From the NCBI GenBank assembly GCA_944384495.1, contig CALWTP010000063.1, forward strand, positions 1-41,212: 41,212 nucleotides of DNA, read 5' to 3'. Below are positions 18,401-26,045 of this stretch, in pieces. The position numbers and the translations under genes are program-made. Under the pieces are notes generated by a model. It was not told the DNA's origin and ran no database searches. It saw only the letters and a program-made list of their open reading frames with translations. Position 1 is the first letter of the stretch. Each line of letters opens with the position of its first letter. Source of the stretch: an uncultured Clostridia bacterium (GTDB taxonomy: Bacteria > Bacillota > Clostridia > Christensenellales > UBA1242).

Positions 18401-21400
18401 GGCATATCTGGCGATACTGCCCTGTTTGATGATTTTGGTAGGCAAATTCCAACAGGGATATATTCTGTAGCAATTTTTCAAACTGAGCCAAGTGGTTATC
18501 AGACACGAGAATACATAGACTCTCAGCTTTCAAATTCGGTTGTCATGTTTGTCAACCCTGCACCAAGTGTTGAATTGGAGGTAAATAATCGGGATATTGA
18601 TAGTGAAACAAATAAGAATTTTTATGAGGCCGTTGTTAATGTAGGGCAAATTTATGTCTTTGATGAAGCAAGCAGTTCCTATATAAAACGCGATGCAACT
18701 TATTATAAAATGTTAATGCGAACCAATTACCAAGAAGGAATTAAGGATTATAGTAACGATTCGGTATTGGAGTTTGATATACAATATATCAGCGATCAAT
18801 GGCTCATTTATTATAATGATGTACTCGTAGAAAATGTGATTACCACATATTCTAGCAGTAATTTTACAATAAATTTTACATTACTTCGCGACAAATTGCC
18901 GGAAATTTTAGAAGAGTATTTGGAGTGGAGAAATGTGGAGTGGCGAATTGATCTCTATGTATATACTGCTGACAGCTCTTTGATAATAGATGAAACTGAC
19001 GGGAATAATTTGACTTATGGATCACTTAATGGCAAAAGTGCGACCATCAACTTAACTTACCTGGATCTGCTGGAGACAAGTGTAAATTTCACAGATGGAA
19101 GACTTTGCGTAACGATAGACCAGGGAAGAGATAATCAGGACTCATTGCTTGTAAAATATTACTCTTCTGGTAGTGGCGAGTTAAACAAAATATATCAAAT
19201 TACTTCGAGCAATGTCTACATTGACATGGACAATTCTGGATTGTATAGTTATATCATCCTTTCAATAAATGGATCAATTTCTTATAATACAATGCGTGTT
19301 GAAAGCCAGTCATATGCGATAGCGAATAGTTATAAGCTCAACAGTCCACAGCTTTCAATATCGAACAATGATTTGTATGTAAGTATAAATTCTGTGGATC
19401 AGACTTATCATGATGATTTGCACTATTTACTCGCTAATGACCTATCATTACAAAATGGAGATGGCTATTATTACACAAGTGCAAGAGTCGAGAATACCTA
19501 TATTTTAACAAGAATTGGCCAAAATGATGAAAGTGAATTGCGGGCGGGTAGTTTTTATGTATATCTTTTAGGTAACTCTGGAAATTTTGTGTTATCCACC
19601 GATACAACCAGCACAATTCCTGGCGGTGCGGACAATCTCCTTATTTTCCAGAACACTTCAACAAGTTTAACAGCCAAAGGATATCCAATTTTCTCTTCAG
19701 ATACAGCCAGCATTAATGCAAGGATGCTACACAACATAGAAAACGATCCTTTTGTATCCAGTGGTGGAATATCTTGGGAAGTCGATAATGATCAGTTGTT
19801 AGAAGAAGATGCGGTAAACTTATATCAAATTGACATCGAATATTATACCAGATTGCAAGACGAATATGAATTAAGCCGAACGGAAACACTATATACAACT
19901 GCTACAAGTTTAAATCATACATACCTTAATGAAGCTTATCAATATTATAAAGTGTTTGTCACAGCACTAGCAGGCAGAGTGGCAACAAGCACACTTGCAA
20001 ATATAACAACAATTGAAGGAGAAACTTACAATATCCTTCAGCCAAGAAGTTATCAGGATGGCAGTTATGTTTTAAGAGGGTTGAAGCTTTCGGCAACAAA
20101 TGGGTATCTGCAGAGAACAATGACTCCTGTACTATTGACAAATATGACAGGAATCAGTGGAGATACAATTGAGTTCTATATAGATGCCAGAGTTTATAAC
20201 AATGATATAAATAATACAAATAGGACTATAACAGATGAAAATAATGCAAGTGCCAGCGAGAGGATTCTCATTCAGGCCAGATATTTCAGTGGTAGCAGTG
20301 AAGTCTTGGAAAGCCTAGAAGGTTCGTTTATATTTAGTAGTGACACGCATATTGATACCACAGGCCTTATAAAAGTTGAGTTTGTATTAAGTCCGGGACA
20401 ATTAAATATAACAAATATGTTTGATATTGAAATCAGGAACTATATATCAAACGACAGCACTGCTCTTTTGATGTCGAGCGGACTTGTGATAGAGAATGTC
20501 ACAAAACTGCAACCAATGCTCGAACAGTACTATTCTATTGGCATACAGCAAGAAGGACAAGATTATATATCATATATTGATTTTAGCAATTACTTTGAAA
20601 GCGTGATGATTGCATCGAGCAATACGATGTACAGTATAATAGTAAAAATCACCACAACAAGTGGCGAAGAGGTCGAATATCAAATAACGCACCAGGACAA
20701 CAAGCAACTGCCAATATATGAGACCTATCAGTCTATTCAGATCCAAATTGTTGACAATCAGGAGGCAACACTAGTTGGCAGAAGATTGCTGTTAAACAGC
20801 GACATAACGACTTTCAATATTTCACCGACTCAAATAGGCGATGGCGATGGCGCTTGGCTTGAAATTGAGTGGGATGAGGATAATAGCATGTTCCGTTGGA
20901 GCTGGAATGAAGAGTCAGTTTTTGGCAACAATTATCAATACTATTTCAATATCATAATTGACGGGCGACAGACTAGTGGCATAATTGAAAATAGTTATTA
21001 TTTGCCTGTTCAAGGCGGTACAGACAACGAAATCACATCATTCTATATTCAAGCCCGTCAGATCAATCAGGCAGATAATACAATATATCTATTTAGTGAC
21101 AGTGTCAATTATCAGTTTGACAGCGGAAACATAACATATAACCTGTTTGCCGGCGGACAAGGTACTATCTCGTCACCATATCTGATTGCAAATGCCAGTC
21201 AATTTATTCAAATTTACAAGAGGAATTTTGAGGGGCAAGAGGTTTATTATCGTTTGACAAATAATATTGATTTGACTGACGAACTGATATTTATGCAAGC
21301 AGAAGAAGAGGTTGATTTTAGGGAAAAAGTCAAGGTCTTCTATGGAAACATAGATGGTAATGGAAATACAATCACAATTTCCGCTAGCGATTTTCTGGTG

Positions 21401-22333
21401 ATGAGTGAAAGCTATAGCACCACGCTTATGAACTTGCAACTTTCTTTCGATAGGTATTTTGCCTTGTTTGAAACAATATCCTCTAGTGCAAGCATTAAAA
21501 ATTTGAATATCATATTCAATATAGATATCAATACTCTTCAATCAAGCAATATTTTGATAAGCCCGCTTGCAGTATACAATCTTGGCACAATAGAAAATGT
21601 GACAATTACAGGAACAAGCATTTCCAATCTCTCAGGAAGAGGGGACAATGTGGCCTTTGTTGGAGGGATTGTTGCGGCAAATTATGGTGGCACGATCACC
21701 AATTGCCACAATGAAGCCAGCTTCAACTTTAATACCGGGCAGGGGCAAGCATTAAGATTTGCCTACGGCGCTATATCATTATTTAATGTAAATGATGGCC
21801 AAATTCAAGATAGCACCAATAGTGGTACAAAAACTTTGAGAGTTGAGACAAGCAATCAGGTATCATATTTAGCTGGAATAACGATAATAAACTCAGGTAC
21901 CATCTTAAGAAGTGGAAATGATGGAAGTTTTGATGTTGGTGCCATATCGAGTGTGTCCAGCTTTACGACGTATCAAAGCGGTAATGCCATTGTAAGTAGC
22001 GGAGTTTTATCTTTCTGTTATAACAATGGAACCCTAAACAAATCGGCCAATGTGGGCACATTAAATAAGGCAGCTATAGCGCTAACTCTAACTGGAGGCA
22101 CGATAAATTACCTGGCCGACACCCAAGGAAATAGTCTGGTCAACTCGGTAACTGCATACCTTATCATTGACAACGGAGTTAATTATGCTTCTGCAGGGTC
22201 AACGATATCCAACCAGATAAAAGTCACCATCATCCAGCCACTCGAAGAGCCAATAGACGCAGGAGATGGATACTATTTTAGAATAACGTCGGAGAATGGA
22301 GGATTGAGGGTTTCAATTACAACAGAGCCATAA
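12473..22333 (+). CDS. Giant lipoprotein (3286 aa): Ig/FN3-like module array with a C-terminal GLUG-motif module; putative surface adhesin
   Basis: Uninterrupted 9.86-kb ORF. N-terminus MKGKILTILALVVLSLVAMTAC gives a signal peptide plus a lipobox Cys. A Big_2-like first module is followed by at least 10 recurrences of an I-S/T-W strand motif. The C-terminus has SPYLIANASQFIQI... and then GLUG-type repeats (VAFVGGIVAANYGGTITN, YLAGITIINSGTILRSGN). There is no LPXTG or SLH. Confidence 0.9.
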   Translation: MKGKILTILALVVLSLVAMTACSGRPSKSGEFKSDTYVLSIGDSIDLYNEITMKNGEKSDVAISLSNGNLSLSSDNTFEAVKSGQTIAFANYNGQSFAQCKIIIRYKFSAPSNISVDENGNITWNRSFAMIEGQEVFATDYTLSIANVTGLEQIDYDSIIFEEIEVGESYQISQPGSYCVKLMANAIENDNIDSSQQSKMVVLNYKVMGRVENLNILPSSFSGNQSSTISWDEKENAIYNIYAEGFLIEENLEGNSFDYDFSFLQAGESVPFMVVAIDKNGIFLETNTSFTVTGLETPAPVYSNDTEGFISWQSVENASTYLFNFISLDDATVQQSFVVQSGQNSNQVFDSLPSGNYRLYASAQASVSQGQLYSTSTLSEVQYYTKLNTPQSTVTFDGKTLNVDIEEDSYNKNYKATIEDRVFYFSSNQFSIDLDGFDLGLHTLSITALPNPGQMIIVNQDQTSNPLNSNPFTFDFYILDTLGEIHHSLDQERNISIFSLSTIENANYYKLYINDILFDIEPYIENNIVSFTVENLNQIQPSLSGYEIMVTAGNNIDGIEYAPLSTTTKTLEILPLVQKSTSEQNGYYIWDNLDQIYQDRFEEEVSYYYEIFKSNKDYTNIEEPSVQSGWTMDGKNQNALEFGYYIIHIYAHSNDTNLYLDNTFHDKENFFTGEFFVTEQIATPTAVLTRDGEFKDNYYLSISTVEYGGGYVVYVDGEFDGQIEVNSDTSVATYTFSNTFEKVKNYDIALIATSGSRFDGQLHLNSEEYHLNIEKLPQPTFSYREAYDDYGTKIREDLTIASISNLQQIKIKIDDVIVNASSNNTIDLYSYDNEFTLNLQYIAIDGGDNQFYINSDERIVEFYRTTAPSNMHFSDGILSWDGQDTNIADYYLSIILTNQQNGNSYYSFFLGNTLNSFNLQTKINQLLDTNALFATSYRMADSVDIKLYAYALPVDDSQNAFYISSQYGTTQANQTYLSLTTLEAPNLSFNSATRTLSWNDVGQNTYYDIYVDDVCVVEGYRGSVLASENMISINLDSLGDIDWQNRKEVVVKTVNPSYLDSEDSNVIYIKQLAPILNLNISSAQNQYQASFNITTDIEYISHILLNNEIVASYNSSSATGSFALDDPSVTVFDLQVCAKDNGNYYYLDSIITTFELHDINESNFELTLDGDMLKWTQLDSQIVGQPENKIKYTLVITSGGKSYDISTFDLEYSIQEIEEAIGEVLSDTVNIKVVANVLNYTFTQTDGQARGYYGQKESTEETTTKLNKVAQITVNYLVDSTQSLDLDKYLESYAQLSWNDEWSSYQNVKFLIKVSNSNSVLLETTVGQVVSQDYSLSLQDGIYTLRLNKALISAINTTVEITVIVQGNINSQPTSVTISRLNSIAEASVDGDGILTVDVSETQDLIGEGINLLLELRLGQDIVNYTFSAQQQLNLNSEELGLLYGKYGAYSIRIIAIDQNNRVLPSGDAYMITGNKLQGIDQLIINQSGDIEITVIADDLSDIVFHAKTMVGANEVIKTFLPDQNESSNVYTISMLEMLELFFNDADGTSGYLFEQIYNFEITVSKSDSVTADWKEISFGYKFESLQNQAKILRSNDLSRDYIIIGALADSILNDPTRALIVSIRDGSTVTNIKLNSLMLILLRGYWKTTSQQDKGTFVTTQGNDGATYTPCYGVCLNDILDDYLPEFDYGNFEVEISRISNENSTYYQYNQTSFEVKRLNEIINLEIYDNVLSWQWIKPADFMADPTFQAVSYYVVIDQITNDGLSNVKKLLVNSASLDLRGVNEIIPGNRYQISVIALPNADNQTVISSKAVVYGSEVYKYATPISLEVKDGKITFNAEQFETSAFIQDLKDYFGEEDPSISGKTELYQIVGAKTYYQPIEFLASTLLNQRVVLRFILRDGNSDTNTHYDVELFAYQLFPDIEILNADNVIATDELHSYFDLLNSYLNTSRIDQSVPEGRETVNLIETLLSSYRGISGDTALFDDFGRQIPTGIYSVAIFQTEPSGYQTREYIDSQLSNSVVMFVNPAPSVELEVNNRDIDSETNKNFYEAVVNVGQIYVFDEASSSYIKRDATYYKMLMRTNYQEGIKDYSNDSVLEFDIQYISDQWLIYYNDVLVENVITTYSSSNFTINFTLLRDKLPEILEEYLEWRNVEWRIDLYVYTADSSLIIDETDGNNLTYGSLNGKSATINLTYLDLLETSVNFTDGRLCVTIDQGRDNQDSLLVKYYSSGSGELNKIYQITSSNVYIDMDNSGLYSYIILSINGSISYNTMRVESQSYAIANSYKLNSPQLSISNNDLYVSINSVDQTYHDDLHYLLANDLSLQNGDGYYYTSARVENTYILTRIGQNDESELRAGSFYVYLLGNSGNFVLSTDTTSTIPGGADNLLIFQNTSTSLTAKGYPIFSSDTASINARMLHNIENDPFVSSGGISWEVDNDQLLEEDAVNLYQIDIEYYTRLQDEYELSRTETLYTTATSLNHTYLNEAYQYYKVFVTALAGRVATSTLANITTIEGETYNILQPRSYQDGSYVLRGLKLSATNGYLQRTMTPVLLTNMTGISGDTIEFYIDARVYNNDINNTNRTITDENNASASERILIQARYFSGSSEVLESLEGSFIFSSDTHIDTTGLIKVEFVLSPGQLNITNMFDIEIRNYISNDSTALLMSSGLVIENVTKLQPMLEQYYSIGIQQEGQDYISYIDFSNYFESVMIASSNTMYSIIVKITTTSGEEVEYQITHQDNKQLPIYETYQSIQIQIVDNQEATLVGRRLLLNSDITTFNISPTQIGDGDGAWLEIEWDEDNSMFRWSWNEESVFGNNYQYYFNIIIDGRQTSGIIENSYYLPVQGGTDNEITSFYIQARQINQADNTIYLFSDSVNYQFDSGNITYNLFAGGQGTISSPYLIANASQFIQIYKRNFEGQEVYYRLTNNIDLTDELIFMQAEEEVDFREKVKVFYGNIDGNGNTITISASDFLVMSESYSTTLMNLQLSFDRYFALFETISSSASIKNLNIIFNIDINTLQSSNILISPLAVYNLGTIENVTITGTSISNLSGRGDNVAFVGGIVAANYGGTITNCHNEASFNFNTGQGQALRFAYGAISLFNVNDGQIQDSTNSGTKTLRVETSNQVSYLAGITIINSGTILRSGNDGSFDVGAISSVSSFTTYQSGNAIVSSGVLSFCYNNGTLNKSANVGTLNKAAIALTLTGGTINYLADTQGNSLVNSVTAYLIIDNGVNYASAGSTISNQIKVTIIQPLEEPIDAGDGYYFRITSENGGLRVSITTEP

Positions 22334-22355
22334 AGACAAAGATCAGAACTTAAAA

Positions 22356-22389
22356 ATAGCTGTAAAGGACAACATTACAGCTATTTTTT
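22356..22389 (+). terminator. Rho-independent terminator of the giant gene
   Basis: Perfect 10-bp stem ATAGCTGTAA / TTACAGCTAT with a 9-nt loop, followed by T5. Confidence 0.85.
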
Positions 22390-22531
22390 AATAATAAAAT
22401 AGGTGATAGGATAGAGAATCTGTTTTGACACAAAAAATGGCTTAAGCGAATTTAAAAGACAAAAAATAGACATTTTGTTAAAGATTGCATAATCTCTCAT
22501 AAGAGGGAATTTAAAAGAATAAAATATACAT

Positions 22532-23419
22532 ATGAAAAAGATTTTTGCACTTTTTTGTCTATTGTTTTTGCTATTTCCTATAGTGTCCAGCAATAAAATA
22601 AACCTTGCATCCGATGGAGAGACACAAGAGACTGGGGCGGATGATATTATAATGTTATCACTTTCCTCGTCAAGCACACCTGTGCAGAGCATTGCGTTTT
22701 CGATAAGTGGCGAGCTGTGTGACAGGGCAGGATTAAATGCATTACAAAGAAGTGAATTTATTGATTGCTTGCTTCAAAAAATAGATCATTTAAGAACGGA
22801 ATTTTTATTAAGCCTTTCTTTAAAATATCTTCAAAATCCAATTGAGCAGTATAAAATCAACAAGGGAGTAACTCTCACTGCAGTTTCATATAATGACAAT
22901 TCGTCTTTGATTGGCTTTAGCATTATTTATGACAGCCATACCTCTTTCAATTATTACAATTCCTCTTCCTCTTCAAGTAGAGACACACAACGAGGCAACT
23001 ATTTTATTAAAAAATATATATCACAAGGGAAGTTTCCGTTTTCAAGTCAATTTGCAGGTAAAAATACAACCATAGGTCAGCGCTATAAGGAGATATTCCT
23101 ATCAGCAGCAGAAGGCAAGGATTATTATCAAGCAATATCGCAAAATTATAGTCCTAAATTTGTTTATGATTATGCTGTGGTCAACGACAAGTTGAAATCC
23201 AATGCAAACATCATCACAAAGAGTGCGGAGCAGACACATCATATATGGATTGTGGATGAGCAAAATTTGACAAACGCAAACGATATACAATTAAGCCTTA
23301 CAATGGTCAATAGAGGTGCTTGGTATTTGACTGCTTTGATTGTTGTGATGGCGGTCACTATAATCTATATTTTTATAGAATTTAAAATTAGATCAAAATT
23401 AAAAAAAACAAAAAAATAA
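22532..23419 (+). CDS. Hypothetical type-I membrane protein (295 aa): signal peptide plus C-terminal TM anchor
   Basis: N-terminus MKKIFALFCLLFLLFPIVSS. C-terminal helix WYLTALIVVMAVTIIYIFI is followed by KIRSKLKKTKK. No family recognised and the Shine-Dalgarno site is weak. Confidence 0.7.
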   Translation: MKKIFALFCLLFLLFPIVSSNKINLASDGETQETGADDIIMLSLSSSSTPVQSIAFSISGELCDRAGLNALQRSEFIDCLLQKIDHLRTEFLLSLSLKYLQNPIEQYKINKGVTLTAVSYNDNSSLIGFSIIYDSHTSFNYYNSSSSSSRDTQRGNYFIKKYISQGKFPFSSQFAGKNTTIGQRYKEIFLSAAEGKDYYQAISQNYSPKFVYDYAVVNDKLKSNANIITKSAEQTHHIWIVDEQNLTNANDIQLSLTMVNRGAWYLTALIVVMAVTIIYIFIEFKIRSKLKKTKK

Positions 23420-23843
23420 AATAAAAAAATAAATAGATTAGATAATAAAATAATTATAAACAGCCATTTAATTTGCTGAAAAAACAGGATGAAAAAATAA
23501 ATAAACAATTTCAAAACAAATCAACAGATATTCATGTTTTTTAAAATCAATTTATTGTCAAATTGAATTAAATATTTTTTTAATAAAAAATTTTATTCTT
23601 AAATGATGTTCAAGCATGGAAAATTTAACACCTATTTTTGTTTTTTAAATAAGAAATATTAAACTTAGGTTTTGGATTTGAATGCTTTAAGACCATTTTG
23701 GCATGGCTGAAATTATGATTGAATACTGGTTCATATTTTTGTCATGCTAAAAATTATGCGAAACGACAAATTAAAAATTCTTGGAATTGATTTTGGCAAA
23801 ACTCTTTTATTTCAAATTTTACATATATTATTACATTATCCAG

Positions 23844-23872
23844 TTGAAATTTAGTGCAAATTGTGTTAAAAT
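23844..23872 (+). promoter_or_regulatory. Candidate sigma-A promoter for the typA operon
   Basis: TTGAAA (23844-23849), a 17-nt spacer ending in TGt, then TAAAAT (23867-23872). AAAGAGG Shine-Dalgarno site precedes ATG 23921. Confidence 0.5.
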
Positions 23873-23920
23873 AATCCTTTGTAAAAAGGTATAATAAAAG
23901 ATATAATAAAGAGGCACATT

Positions 23921-25753
23921 ATGGAAAACAAAAACATTAGAAATATTGCAATCATTGCCCATGTCGATCATGGCAAAACATCGCTTGTTGATGAGTTATT
24001 AAAACAAGGAAGTGTTTTCCGCGACAATCAAGTGGTACAAGATCGTGTGATGGACTCAAATGCTTTGGAGAGAGAACGGGGCATTACAATTTTATCAAAA
24101 AACTGCTCATGCGTTTATAATGGAGTAAAGATCAATATCATAGACACTCCTGGACATGCTGATTTTGGCGGTGAAGTTGAGCGTGTGCTCAAAATGGTCG
24201 ACGGTGTACTTTTGGTCGTTGATGCTTTTGAGGGGCCTATGCCACAGACAAGATTTGTTCTGGAAAAAGCTTTGGCATTGTCGCTTAAGGTTATCGTTGT
24301 TATAAACAAAATAGACAAGCCAGATGCAAGGATAGACGAGGTGATAGACGAGGTACTTGAATTATTCTTAGATCTCGATGCAAACGATGAACAGCTCTCA
24401 TCTCCATTTATCTTTGCCTCAGCAAGAAAAGGTGTCGCAAGCGACGATAAAAACGGAAACTTTGAAAGCATGAAACCGCTCTTTGAGAAAATCATTGAAT
24501 ATATTCCTGCACCGGTTGGAGACGAAACGGCTCCACTTAAAATGTTGGTGTCATCTTGCGAACACAACGATTTTGTGGGCAAGCTTGCAGTAGGGAAAAT
24601 CAGTCAGGGAACGATCAAGGTTGGACAAAGTGTAAACTTATGCAATTATCATGACAACGAGAAAAAATCCAAGTCTAAAATTGTCAGTCTTTATGTTTTT
24701 GATGGACTTAAGAAAGTGCCAGTGGAGAGTGCTAGTGTGGGCGAAATAGTATGTGTGGCAGGGATTGAAAATGTTCAAATAGGCGATACTATTTGTGATA
24801 GCAGTATAAATGAGCCCATTGAATTTGTGAAAATTGCTCAGCCTAGTGTCGAAATGACTTTTATGGTCAACGACAGTCCACTTGCCGGCAAAGATGGAAA
24901 GTTTGTCACATCCAGACACCTTAGAGACAGGCTTTACAAAGAAGCTGTCAAAGATTTATCACTTAGTGTAAGTGATGGGCAAAGTGCCGACCAGTTTAAG
25001 GTCTGTGGCAGAGGAGAGATGCACCTATCAATTCTTATTGAAAATATGCGAAGAGACGGGTATGAGTTTCAAGTTTCCATGCCTAAGGTTTTGATCAAGG
25101 AAATCAATGGTGTAAAATGTGAGCCAGTTGACAGGCTTTATCTGGATGTTCCAGAAGATTGCGTAGGAGCCGTTATGCAAAAGATGGGAGTGCGCAAGGG
25201 AGAACTTGTTCAAATGACTCCACGTGGCAGTAGAATGAAAATGGAGTTTTTGATTCCTTCTCGAGGTCTTTTTGGGTTTAAAAGTGAACTTTTGACTGAA
25301 ACAAAAGGAGAAGGGGTGATAAACTCAACTTTTTATGATTACCAGCCATGGAAGGGTGAAATAAATAGAAGAGAATATGGCTCGCTTATTGCTCACGAGA
25401 GCGGTGAGGCAATTGTTTATGGCCTTTTCAACGCGCAAGAGCGAGGTGATTTGTTTATTGAGCCTGGCACAATGGTTTATGCTGGTATGGTGGTTGGACA
25501 AAATCCAAAAGGCGACGATATTGTGGTAAATGTCTGCAAGAAAAAGCATCTTTCAAATTGTCGTGCTTCAGGATCCGATGAGGCCTTAAGACTTACTCCA
25601 CCAAAAAAGTTAAGTTTGGAAGATGCAATAGAATTTCTTGCTGACGATGAAATATTGGAGGTCACACCAAAGACCTTTAGAATAAGAAAAATCATCTTAG
25701 ATCACAATATGCGTTTACGAGAAAGAGGGAGGCTTCTTAGAGGAGAGGTCTAA
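23921..25753 (+). CDS. typA: Translational GTPase TypA/BipA
   Basis: G1 AHVDHGKT, DTPGHADF, NKID(K). The 610-aa length and overall sequence are typical of BipA. Confidence 0.95.
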   Translation: MENKNIRNIAIIAHVDHGKTSLVDELLKQGSVFRDNQVVQDRVMDSNALERERGITILSKNCSCVYNGVKINIIDTPGHADFGGEVERVLKMVDGVLLVVDAFEGPMPQTRFVLEKALALSLKVIVVINKIDKPDARIDEVIDEVLELFLDLDANDEQLSSPFIFASARKGVASDDKNGNFESMKPLFEKIIEYIPAPVGDETAPLKMLVSSCEHNDFVGKLAVGKISQGTIKVGQSVNLCNYHDNEKKSKSKIVSLYVFDGLKKVPVESASVGEIVCVAGIENVQIGDTICDSSINEPIEFVKIAQPSVEMTFMVNDSPLAGKDGKFVTSRHLRDRLYKEAVKDLSLSVSDGQSADQFKVCGRGEMHLSILIENMRRDGYEFQVSMPKVLIKEINGVKCEPVDRLYLDVPEDCVGAVMQKMGVRKGELVQMTPRGSRMKMEFLIPSRGLFGFKSELLTETKGEGVINSTFYDYQPWKGEINRREYGSLIAHESGEAIVYGLFNAQERGDLFIEPGTMVYAGMVVGQNPKGDDIVVNVCKKKHLSNCRASGSDEALRLTPPKKLSLEDAIEFLADDEILEVTPKTFRIRKIILDHNMRLRERGRLLRGEV

Positions 25754-25767
25754 AAAGAGGAGGATAA

Positions 25768-26037
25768 ATGGCTTTATTACCCAATGAGAGCAGAGATTTA
25801 CGGAAAAAATACAAACGGCTGATATGGTTTTTATTGGCAGTGTTTATTTTTGATGTTTTTATTTGCTTTCTGTTTTTTGAGTATACCAGCATGAATAAAG
25901 TACTTGCAGGGTTTATTGTAATATGTATAACAGCCATTTTATACTTGCTCTTTTCACTGATTTGTGCTAAAATTGATAAAAAGAAGAAGAAAAGGCTTGA
26001 AGAAAACAAAAATAAAGATCCTTTTACAAATGAATAG
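25768..26037 (+). CDS. Small two-TM membrane protein (89 aa), unknown function
   Basis: Two hydrophobic helices and a KKKKKRLEENK tail. AGAGGAGG Shine-Dalgarno site, packed 14 nt after typA and 8 nt before dnaB. Confidence 0.55.
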   Translation: MALLPNESRDLRKKYKRLIWFLLAVFIFDVFICFLFFEYTSMNKVLAGFIVICITAILYLLFSLICAKIDKKKKKRLEENKNKDPFTNE

Positions 26038-26045
26038 GAGGCTAA

